This document shows positions 36,342 through 47,017 of a DNA stretch of 64,000 bases, piece after piece. This stretch comes from Macrostomum lignano. Its lineage: Eukaryota. Positions within the stretch are counted from its first letter, which is position 1. The number at the start of each line of letters is the position of its first letter. The notes beneath the pieces are model-generated. The model made no database searches and had not been told where the DNA came from. It was given only the letters and a program-made list of their open reading frames with translations. The stretch spans positions 21,181 through 85,180 of the forward strand of contig NIVC01003655.1 in assembly GCA_002269645.1 (NCBI GenBank). Reading direction: 5' to 3'. The translations under genes were made by a program, and so were the position numbers.

Positions 36342-36892
36342 GTTTGTGAAACGTTTAATTTCAAACGTTTGTGCCTATTATTGAAAAAACGTAATATGTT
36401 TCCTATATAATCCTACCAATTGTCTATACTTTGGCTAGAAAATTGTCTTTTTGTTGCTTCGTTATACAGTATATAATAACAGTTTTTTTGTTGCATCCAA
36501 GTACATTGTCTAGTTCTGTTTAGTCTATGGTTCAAACTTCTTTCTTTTGGGGCCATCAAATCATTTGATGTGCCTGGAATTATAGCACTTTAAACCATAG
36601 ACTAGGCTTTCCTGGCTCAGAATGAGTCCAATAAATGTCAATAAAATAAGTAATCGGATTTTATTTGAAACAGAAGAACTTCAATTCAGACTGTCTGTGG
36701 CCAAAACTGTCCCCGAATGACGCGCATGCGCAGATTTGAAATTCAAAAGAAACAAAGTCACATTCTATTCCGACAGAGATTTTTGCACATACATTTAGAT
36801 ACGAGAGTACATTTTTAGTACATTAATCTAATTTTTTGTTTTTCCTGTACTGCATAACTGTACAATCGTTGCGCAATGCAATAAGAAACGAT

Positions 36893-37353
36893 ATGAATGC
36901 TGAAGATCAGATTGAAGAAGACGATGAATTGCTGGAAGAAGGGGGAATCGGTGAATTTGAAGCAGAATTCGATGAAGATATCATGGAACAACTGGCGCGC
37001 CAACTTGGAGTCAAGAGGTCGACAGCGTACACGATTGTGAGGTCAGGGAGAGCGGAAAAGCAGCCTACGAGATTCCGGACTCCATTCAGGTCAAGCGGCT
37101 TCCATTATACAGTCCATTTTTGAGTCCTGTGGAGAACTTAATCTCCTGTTGGAAGGTCGCTCTGAAGAGAGCAGACCAGCAAAATTTTATCGCTCCGACA
37201 GCTGAGCAGCACGGCAATCAGTCGATGGCGGCCTATCGGCGAGACATTCTGTACAGCATGGTGGACAGAACCATTGGCTGCATCTCTGTGGACAAGTGCA
37301 CTGAGTGGTTCAACCATGTGTTTACATACGTCCCTCGCTGCGTTGGTGGATAG
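36893..37353 (+). pseudogene. Internally deleted IS630/Tc1-family transposase
   Basis: HTH-like LARQLGVKRSTAYTIV is joined out of frame to LPLYSPFLSPVENLISCWK...CTEWFNHVFTYVPRC. The central D,D catalytic region is absent. Confidence 0.8.
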
Positions 37354-38071
37354 GCAATTGATGGTCAGGTGTCTCAAGTTGGCCAACTGACACTGTCTTG
37401 TTTCTGTTTTTCATTTTACTCTTATGTTCGTCGATATGTTGTGTTTTATCCCTTTGTCGAAATAGAATGTGACTTTGTTTCTTTTGAATTTCAAATCTGC
37501 GCATGCGCGTCATTCGGGGACAGTTTTGGCCACAGACAGTCTGAATTGAAGTTCGTCTGTTTCAATAGAAAGGGACTTTGTTTGAATTGAAGTTCTGCTT
37601 TTCTCTTTTGAACAAGACTTTGTTCAAAATAGGAGGTAAAATGGTGTATTTGCTTGCATACTGTTCTTTCGGTTTCCATAAGCTATTTGGCCCATTACAT
37701 ATCTCCAGATAATTTGGCACTTATAGGTTTTCCTTGTAATGGTTTTTGGAGCAGTGCAGCAATTGGCTGGCACTGAAAATCAAAACCAAGTCAGTAACTA
37801 TTACAGAAGGGAGTTAGTTATCGCAAAAGACAGAAAAAATGAACAGAGCTCATTGGGCCTGTTTGCTGCAAATGACTACACAGGTAAAATAACTAGAGTC
37901 AAATAACTAGAATATTTGTTAAAACTAGTAAAATACTAACAAAACCAATCAACTGGTGAAATATCCTATGTAACCGGTCATTTAATTGACAGTAAGCTGT
38001 CAACAGTTTACTCGTTATCTTGGGTAGTAGTGACTTGCAAGTTGCAAGTTACAAGTTAAGGCATAGTTGGC

Positions 38072-40094
38072 TCAGATATGAAATGAATTGTAGTTGACAA
38101 TAGCTTGCAGTAGACACGTGCTATATTGAGGATGATTAAGGGGGCGCTTATAGCGCTGCCAGGTGGCTTCGAAGTCACTGTGGGCTGATTCAACAGGCTG
38201 TTCACTGAAGCTGCCAAGCCCCTTGCCAAACTTACTGCAGAATGCTGGCACATGGTCAAAAAGCGCGTGCATCTTTGGCGTCACTGGAAGCTCGATGTAC
38301 CTGCATGTTGTCTGGAAGCGAGCAATGTAGAGACTAAAGTCAGCTGCCAGACTTTGGCCAAAGCAAGCTTCGCGCACAGCATTGAAGTCATGAAGTGCAG
38401 TTGCGTAGAGCTTTAGGTGTGCAGGCAGCACGCTCCACAGCTCACCCGCCTTCATGAGGAGCTTCTTTCATGCTGGGCCCTCCAGGCAACCTCCGTGGTA
38501 CTGCTGCCGGCAGATGCCGGCTTCTTAGGCCCACTCGTAGGCCAATTGCCTCCCCAGCTTGCATTGAGAGCATCAAGCAGCCGGTTTACAATGCCAAGCA
38601 TCATGTGCAACTCTGGTGGTGGTACCAGGTCTAGCAGTTCAGCAGAGTCGCCCCCAGGTAGCAGTGGAGGCTGGACGCAGTTGGCAAAGTTTTTGGCTAG
38701 AGGCTGGTGTCCACCAGCTGCCTGAAACTCACCTGCAAGGCGTCGAATTGAGCCGAGCGTCCACCTTTGTGCTGGCACTTCCCATGGCGGCCTGCCCTCA
38801 CAGTACCGGCAGGGATGCGATGAAGAGTGGCTCTGGATCCCGCAATAATGTTGGCAAGTTTAAAATCGCAGGCTAACGTGAAGTTGATGGAGGTAATGTC
38901 GATGGTTGACATTAGTACACTAACGTTCTGATGGTAGCATTGTCTGACATCCTCAACAAGGGCCAGGATGAGGATCTTTTTCACTCCTGAAGTCCATAAA
39001 TCGGTTGAATTGGGAAGACGAAGTGCATCCTCTGCCATCCACGGTAACACTGACGCACACCTCTAAAGAGTTGCAAGTTTCACTCTCTGGTGTATCTCAG
39101 CAGTGCCTCTCGAGTTACTGACGTGCGCCAGAAAAGCATTTGCATCCCGGCAGAACACGACAGACCGTTCGATCACACTCTCTTGCCCATTGGGTTGTTT
39201 GCAGAAAAACTGCAGCCGCTCAGTTGCAAAAAACTTGGCAGCAGTCTGACCTTCAGCAAACAGAAACTCCTTCAGCCCAGGCTGCACGGCCTTTTTGCTT
39301 CCGGACGTTTCTCTGATCACCTGAGCCGCACGTAGCGTCTGGCTGGTGCTGAGGTTCAGTGCAGTCTTCATGGCCCGCATTGTGCTATGTTGCAGCGATG
39401 CAATCTCAGTAGTTGATGTACCAGCCACTTGAACTTGGAGTGGGCGTCCACCTGTACCAGAAGTCAAGCTTACAGTTGCTAAGGAGTCAGAAGAGGTGGC
39501 TGCACCCAGCTTCTCACACAGAAGACCGCAGGCTACGTGCTCCCTTGAGTTTGGGCTTAGGGCATCAAGATAGCGCAGCTTTGCCGCCTGTCCACACTCG
39601 TGCCTCAATCCACACGCCACTGGCGATGAGCACGTCTCACAGCGTTTGACAACACTGTCTCCCATCGGCCCAGGTGCATTATTTGGAGGGCGACCAAGTG
39701 GCGTCATGATTCCTGCTGTAGACTTAGCTGGCATGAAGGGGTGATACACTGCCACATTCTTGTTGGCCCTGTTGGATCCCACATGGCACATCCAGCAGTT
39801 GCACTCGGGGAATTTGCGAGTGAGTGGTGGAAGATCGCGCAGATCTGCAATAACTTGCTCGTAGGGCATTCTTGGTGGCAGAGGTGTTGGTGCAGGGCTG
39901 TTTTGCGACATCAGCTTGATTCTGCAAGAATAGCAGATACTGGAAGGCAGAAATCCTCGACGGTCAGCGAAGCCTGGCAGCACATGGCATTCAACCAGCG
40001 CTTCTAGAGTGGCGGTCAGCGGTCGGTCCCCCTTCCGAAAGCACAAGATGCACACACATCGGTTTTCTTCGTGGGAGCGCTTATTGTTTGGCAT
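38072..40094 (-). pseudogene. Chapaev-like transposase pseudogene
   Basis: N-terminal H/C zinc-finger pattern (HEENRCVCILC...PSSICYSC...CNCWMC); SGVKKILILA; ACDFKLANIIAG/QSHSSSHPCRYC; PPPELHMMLG; TPKMHALFDH; GLGSFSEQPVESAHSDF. At least 4 frameshifts and 2 in-frame stops (~38470-38535). Confidence 0.8.
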
Positions 40095-42399
40095 GGTTTA
40101 ATTTCTGTACGTTTACAGATTAAAAGATGGCAGCTACTGCTCACTATCTATTTTTCTTTTCTATCTGAAGATAACACAGGAATTAACTTGCCCTCCTTGT
40201 CCTATAAGTGCCAAATTATCTGGAGATATGTCTATGGGCCAAATAGCTTATGTATCAGATTAAACATGAGCCTGAGGCCTGAGGCCCTCGTGATTTATAC
40301 AAATAACTCCCTCAAAAGGCATGTGTAATCTCGTATAAACCATAGACATAAAGACTTTACGGAATATTATTGAATATTACCAAATAAAATCCCGGAGAAC
40401 GCAAATATTGTCACGGAAAGTCTTTATTTCTATGGATTATGGAAACCGAAAGAACAGTATGCAAGCAAATATTAAATTCAATTTAGTTTGAGCCACAAGC
40501 TTGTAAATACGCTGTTAAAAGGATTAGGGTTGAAGAGACGCGCCCTGGAGTGAATTCAGCACAATTTCCAGGTGTACAGCTATTTTAGCCAGGTATGGGC
40601 AGGTAAAAAAGCACTTATGAACCAAAAGTGACTGAGAAAGAAGAGAAATATAAATCCTATCTAGTTTTAGTCTATTCATAGGTGCAGGATAGTCGCCATG
40701 TTCTTCCCTAAGCTTCTAGTCCTTCTTGTAGTACCCACCTGGTGCAAAAAATCACTGTACTAATTAGCACACCTGTACGCTATGCAGACAATGCGATATG
40801 ATTTCAAGGATAGCTTTTTTGGACTTCTGTTAGGTCAAAGATTCATGGGAAATCAGTATTTTTCAGGGTATATTTCATTGACCAAACTCACTCTTCAGGA
40901 GAGGCGTACTGGAGACAAAAAGTAGAGAGCTCAACAAAGTTGTGCCCTTTTCACTGCAGCTTCAAATTGTATCAATACTACTCAACAGAAAAGTAGTGTC
41001 CTAGAAATTTCCAATCCAGAATTCAACCCTGTCACAGTTTATTAGATAAGCAAACCATAAACTGGCCTGAAAAACATGAGGACTGCGAGACCAAGGATCC
41101 CTAAGGAGAACAGGACTTGTTTAGATGAATAAATAGAGTACACGATGGGTACATGTAATTTATGAATAGACGTATTGTAAAGTGCAGACAGACAGACAAA
41201 GACAATAGTTTAGGGCAAATTATGGTAGGCAAAGGTGAAGGCAAGTCCTCCATGAGCTTGCGCGCATGAATCATGGCACCAAAAAAATCCGTCTACTGAC
41301 AATAGTGAGTAGAGTAGCGCAAGTGTTATTCGTATATTTTATGCAATTGTCTGCACATCAAGTAAGTTTATGTTCAAGGTGGTTACTAAAAGCTACGAAG
41401 AGCTTAACAATAAATGCTTGTTATGAAATAGGTGAATTAAATATTTGATCGCAAGTTAGTGGCCTAGTGGCCGAGAGAAGGTATAGGCATTGTACATTGC
41501 AGAGCGGATGGTAAGACGTACGTCTAAGGGGGTGCTGGATGGGTGGAATGTACATTTAGTGGCGAGGGGGGAGGGTAGACAGGAAAAACAGCCTATCAGT
41601 TTATAGCTAAAATAAAAGGCATCAGTCCATCAGCGGGCCCAGCTCAGTGGTCATGCCGCAATCCCATGGAACAGAGTAGGCGAGGCTGAAGGCTGCTCGA
41701 CTCGACGAAGGCCGTGTGAGTAGACGGCGGTCGAGAAACGGGAAGGTAGCTAGCTGTGAGTGAGCTGGGCCCCAATTTTTTGTTTGTTTTTTGCAATTAT
41801 CCGTCATGATCATGATCATGAATGATATTAAGTTAAGTTGGCAAAGTTTTGAGTTTGAGTCTTACTCGCTTCGTGTCGACATGTATAGAAAGTTTATTTT
41901 AATATCAGAAAAGTATAAAAAGGGTAAATACAGAAGGTTAATGTACATGGGCTACATGGCCATGGGGCAGGTTTGATTTTTAATGCCTATTGCGGATTAA
42001 TGCCGCTGGACATTTATAAGGACAATGTCAATCATGTATGTTTACGAATATACTCAATTTTTCATTGTTCTAGTAGTACGTTTCAAATAAAAATTAATTG
42101 ATGAAAATTAACTTGTCGTCAGGCAGGGAGTAGTGATGATACTACTGAGTAGCAGCTCAGTAGTATCTTTGCAAAGTAACACATCATCTACGTATTTCTA
42201 TAACTAATGAGTTGAAAATGAGTCCAAAAAGAGTTATTAAAATACAGCACGTGTGTTCTGCTATGCCAGGAGTCGGCGAACTCCGTCCCGAGGGCCACAT
42301 GCGGCCCGCAAAGCCTCTCTACCCGACCCGCTCAAGGTTTGTGTCTCTCAGATCTCTTCCCTCTTCTCTCTTTATCTTCTCTCCTCCTCTCCTCTCTCC

Positions 42400-43015
42400 C
42401 CTCTCCTCTCTCCCCTCTCCTCTCCTCTCCTCTCCTCTCCTCTCCTCTCCTCTCCTCTCCTCTCCTCTCCTCTCCTCTCCTCTCCTCTCCTCTCCTCTCC
42501 TCTCCTCTCCTCTCCTCTCCTCTCCTCTCCTCTCCTCTCCTCTCCTCTCCTCTCCTCTCCTCTCCTCTCCTCTCCTCTCCTCTCCTCTCCTCTCCTCTCC
42601 TCTCCTCTCCTCTCCTCTCCTCTCCTCTCCTCTCCTCTCCTCTCCTCTCCTCTCCTCTCCTCTCCTCTCCTCTCCTCTCCTCTCCTCTCCTCTCCTCTCC
42701 TCTCCTCTCCTCTCCTCTCCTCTCCTCTCCTCTCCTCTCCTCTCCTCTCCTCTCCTCTCCTCTCCTCTCCTCTCCTCTCCTCTCCTCTCCTCTCCTCTCC
42801 TCTCCTCTCCTCTCCTCTCCTCTCCTCTCCTCTCCTCTCCTCTCCTCTCCTCTCCTCTCCTCTCCTCTCCTCTCCTCTCCTCTCCTCTCCTCTCCTCTCC
42901 TCTCCTCTCCTCTCCTCTCCTCTCCTCTCCTCTCCTCTCCTCTCCTCTCCTCTCCTCTCCTCTCCTCTCCTCTCCTCTCCTCTCCTCTCCTCTCCTCTCC
43001 TCTCCTCTCCTCTCT
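42400..43015. repeat. (CTCCT)n microsatellite inside the hAT MITE
   Basis: Essentially pure pentamer run of ~600 bp. Confidence 0.95.
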
Positions 43016-43124
43016 TCTTTCCTCTCCCTTCTCTCACCTCTTTTCTCTTATCTCTTCTCTGATCCCATCTCTCGCCTTTCCTCTCTCTTATCTCTAATCT
43101 TTTACTCTTTCGCCGTTCTTTTCT

Positions 43125-46045
43125 TATCTGGCCCACAGCCATGAGCTGAATTCTTTATCTGGCCCACAGCCATGAGATGAATTCTTTATCTGGCCCACAG
43201 CCATGAGCTGAATTCTTTATCTGGCCCACAGCCATGAGCTGAATTCTTTATCTGGCCCACAGCCATGAGCTGAATTCTTTATCTGGCCCACAGCCATGAG
43301 CTGAATTCTTTATCTGGCCCACAGCCATGAGCTGAATTCTTTATCTGGCCCACAGCCATGAGCTGAATTCTTTATCTGGCCCACAGCCATGAGCTGAGTT
43401 CTTTATCTGGCCCACAGCCATGAGCTGAATTCTTTATCTGGCCCACAGCCATGAGCTGAATTCTTGTCTGGCCCACAGCCATGAGCTGAATTCTTGTCTG
43501 GCCCACAGCCATGAGCTGAATTCTTGTCTGGCCCACAGCCATGAGCCGAATTCTTGTCTGGCCCACAGCCATGAGCTGAGTTCTTATCTGGCCCACAGCC
43601 ATGAGCTGAGTTCTTATCTGGCCCACAGCCATGAGCTGAGTTCTTATCTGGCCCACAGCCATGTGCTGAATTCTTATCTGGCCCACAGCCATGAGCTGAA
43701 TTCTTTATCTGGCCCACAGCCATGAGCTGAATTCTTGTCTGGCCCACAGCCATGAGCTGAATTCTTGTCTGGCCCACAGCCATGAGCCGAATTCTTGTCT
43801 GGCCCACAGCCATGAGCTGAATTCTTTATCTGGCCCACAGCCATGAGCTGAGTTCTTATCTGGCCCACAGCCATGAGCTGAGTTCTTATCTGGCCCGCAG
43901 CCATGAGCTGAGTTCTTATCTGGCCCACAGCCATGAGCTGAATTCTTGTCTGGCCCACAGCCATGAGCTGAATTCTTTATCTGGCCCACAGCCATGAGCT
44001 GAATTCTTATCTGGCCCACAGCCATGAGCTGAGTTCTTATCTGGCCCACAGCCATGTGCTGAATTCTTATCTGGCCCACAGCCATGAGCTGAATTCTTTA
44101 TCTGGCCCACAGCCATGAGCTGAATTCTTGTCTGGCCCACAGCCATGAGCTGAATTCTTGTCTGGCCCACAGCCATGAGCCGAATTCTTGTCTGGCCCAC
44201 AGCCATGAGCTGAATTCTTTATCTGGCCCACAGCCATGAGCTGAATTCTTGTCTGGCCCACAGCCATGAGCTGAATTCTTTATCTGGCCCACAGCCATGA
44301 GCTGAATTCTTGTCTGGCCCACAGCCATGAGCTGAATTCTTTATCTGGCCCACAGCCATGAGCTGAGTTCTTATCTGGCCCACAGCCATGAGCTGAGTTC
44401 TTATCTGGCCCACAGCCATGAGCTGAGTTCTTATCTGGCCCACAGCCATGAGCTGAATTCTTGTCTGGCCCACAGCCATGAGCTGAATTCTTTATCTGGC
44501 CCACAGCCATGAGCTGAATTCTTTATCTGGCCCACAGCCATGAGCTGAATTCTTGTCTGGCCCACAGCCATGAGTTGAGTTCTTATCTGGCCCACAGCCA
44601 TGAGCTGAGTTCTTATCTGGCCCACAGCCATGAGCTGAATTCTTGTCTGGCCCACAGCCATGAGCTGAGTTCTTATCTGGCCCACAGCCATGAGCTGAGT
44701 TCTTATCTGGCCCACAGCCATGAGCTGAATTCTTTATCTGGCCCACAGCCATGAGCTGAATTCTTTATCTGGCCCACAGCCATGAGCTGAATTCTTTATC
44801 TGGCCCACAGCCATGAGCTGAATTCTTTATCTGGCCCACAGCCATGAGCTGAGTTCTTATCTGGCCCACAGCCATGAGCTGAATTCTTTATCTGGCCCAC
44901 AGCCATGAGCTGAGTTCTTATCTGGCCCACAGCCATGAGCTGAATTCTTGTCTGGCCCACAGCCATGAGCTGAGTTCTTATCTGGCCCACAGTCATGAGC
45001 TGAATTCTTTATCTGGCCCACAGCCATGAGCTGAATTCTTTATCTGGCCCACAGCCATGAGCTGAATTCTTGTCTGGCCCACAGCCATGAGCTGAGTTCT
45101 TATCTGGCCCACAGCCATGAGCTGAGTTCTTATCTGGCCCACAGCCATGAGCTGAATTCTTGTCTGGCCCACAGCCATGAGCTGAATTCTTTATCTGGCC
45201 CACAGCCATGAGCTGAATTCTTTATCTGGCCCACAGCCATGAGCTGAATTCTTGTCTGGCCCACAGCCATGAGCTGAGTTCTTATCTGGCCCACAGCCAT
45301 GAGCTGAGTTCTTATCTGGCCCACAGCCATGAGCTGAATTCTTGTCTGGCCCACAGCCATGAGCTGAGTTCTTATCTGGCCCACAGCCATGTGCTGAATT
45401 CTTATCTGGCCCACAGCCATGAGCTGAATTCTTGTCTGGCCCACAGCCATGAGCTGAATTCTTGTCTGGCCCACAGCCATGAGCTGAGTTCTTATCTGGC
45501 CCACAGCCATGAGCTGAGTTCTTATCTGGCCCACAGCCATGAGCTGAATTCTTGTCTGGCCCACAGCCATGAGCTGAGTTCTTATCTGGCCCACAGCCAT
45601 GAGCTGAGTTCTTATCTGGCCCACAGCCATGAGCTGAATTCTTGTCTGGCCCACAGCCATGAGCTGAATTCTTGTCTGGCCCACAGCCATGAGCTGAGTT
45701 CTTATCTGGCCCACAGCCTTGAGCTGAGTTCTTATCTGGCCCACAGCCATGAGCTGAATTCTTTATCTGGCCCACAGCCATGAGCTGAGTTCTTATCTGG
45801 CCCACAGCCCTGAGCTGAATTCTTTATCTGGCCCACAGCCATGAGCTGAGTTCTTGTCTGGCCCACAGCCATGAGCTGAATTCTTATCTGGCCCACAGCC
45901 ATGAGCTGAGTTCTTATCTGGCCCACAGCCATGAGCTGAATTCTTTATCTGGCCCACAGCCATGAGCTGAGTTCTTATCTGGCCCACAGCCATGAGCTGA
46001 ATTCTTTATCTGGCCCACAGCCATGAGCTGAATTCTTGTCTGGCC
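43125..46045. repeat. 30/31-bp minisatellite inside the hAT MITE
   Basis: TCTGGCCCACAGCCATGAGCTGAATTCTT(T)A units, ~95 copies, running to the right TIR. Confidence 0.95.
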
Positions 46046-47017
46046 CCTGAGCTAGAAAATTTTGCCGACCCCTGCTGCTATGCAAATCAATTAGCAATGA
46101 TCTGAGAAGCCTGTATACTGGCTGTCTCTCAAGGTGCCCCTAATTAGCTTATCACCTGCTCAGTGCGATAATTGTCGCCCATTCCTGGCGGAGCCATCAT
46201 GCCACAGTTTAGTTAATTATTAAATAAACAAGCGTAGTAAATGTCACGACAGTTTAGAGCCCCAGATTCGGAAAGTACACAAATACAGTGTACGTTATGC
46301 AACTTATGCAATGAGTTATCTGATAATTCAATGAAATGCAGGTCTGCCAGATAGATTAGCTGAGTGCGATAAAGAATCAGTGTGATGAAAAAATTTGTCT
46401 GCTGACAAAGGGCCTGTCAACTGAAGCTCATAAAGTGGAGCCCGAGTAACCTGTGTACACAAATGATGTCATTCTGCTCACAGTGACACCAGGAGGCTGG
46501 GTTCGGCAAAAAGGTGACGAGAGTTGGACTTGGGATAAGGGAGAACAAGCAGGGGGGGGGGTAATTGGGAATATTATGTCAACTTAAGCTCATAGAGTAG
46601 AGTTACTATATTATCCCCTTTTTTATAATTGTTATTATGATTCACAGTATATAGTTATATAATTGTTGTTTGCCACCATAGCAGAAGCATGCCAGTGCCA
46701 ACCATCAAGGTGTCTGGTGGCAGATCAAGGATGCAAAAAACAAGCCAGTCGAAGTCGCGATCAACCCTTTCGTAAAACTGATCCACAAGACAAGAAAGAG
46801 ATTGAATTTTTTATAATTCTGCTTTTGTTACGTTTATTTTCCAAACCTCAAGCCATCATTATTGAAGAAAAATCAACACACACAAAAAACCGCGGTAAAA
46901 ACAGAATCACACAAAACGATTCTGGTAGTGCTTATTCACCGAGTAAAAACACACACTAGAAGCAAGGTCCCTACTCATTTTTTGTTTATTAGTCACCACC
47001 AAGCAAGCAGGCCACAA

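Larger units (their letters stand above)
33935..37646 (+). mobile_element. Tc1/IS630-type element with bipartite TIRs and TA TSD, carrying a tyrosine recombinase unit
   Basis: Termini TA|CACCATTTTACCTCCTA...TAGGAGGTAAAATGGTG|TA; inner TIR 33992-34098 matches 37488-37594 inverted. Removal restores the Chapaev-like left TIR. Confidence 0.85.
33496..40898 (-). mobile_element. Chapaev-like (CMC-type DDE) DNA transposon with ~510-bp TIRs, interrupted in its left TIR
   Basis: 33506-33934 is the reverse complement of ~40470-40898. The left TIR resumes after the nested insert (37647-37727 matches the reverse complement of 40439-40472 and 40201-40252). Encloses a transposase pseudogene at 38072-40094. 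Candidate CAC terminus at 33496; matching right terminus and TSD not found. Confidence 0.8.
42267..46074. mobile_element. hAT-type MITE expanded to 3.8 kb by internal tandem arrays
   Basis: TIRs CAGGAGTCGGCGAA / TTTGCCGACCCCTG, subterminal GGGCCACATGCGGCCCGC, flanking duplication CTGCTATG(C) at 42258-42266 and 46075-46083. Confidence 0.82.

Noticed and set aside
33992-37594. DIRS/Ngaro YR retrotransposon (split or inverted repeat layout)
   Set aside because: No gag, RT or RNase H is present; TA-flanked TIRs and a Tc1-type transposase remnant explain the repeats better.
43125-46045. 30/31-bp repeat array resembling a CRISPR in unit length
   Set aside because: Units are directly adjacent with no unique spacers, there are no cas genes, and the context is eukaryotic and inside a MITE.
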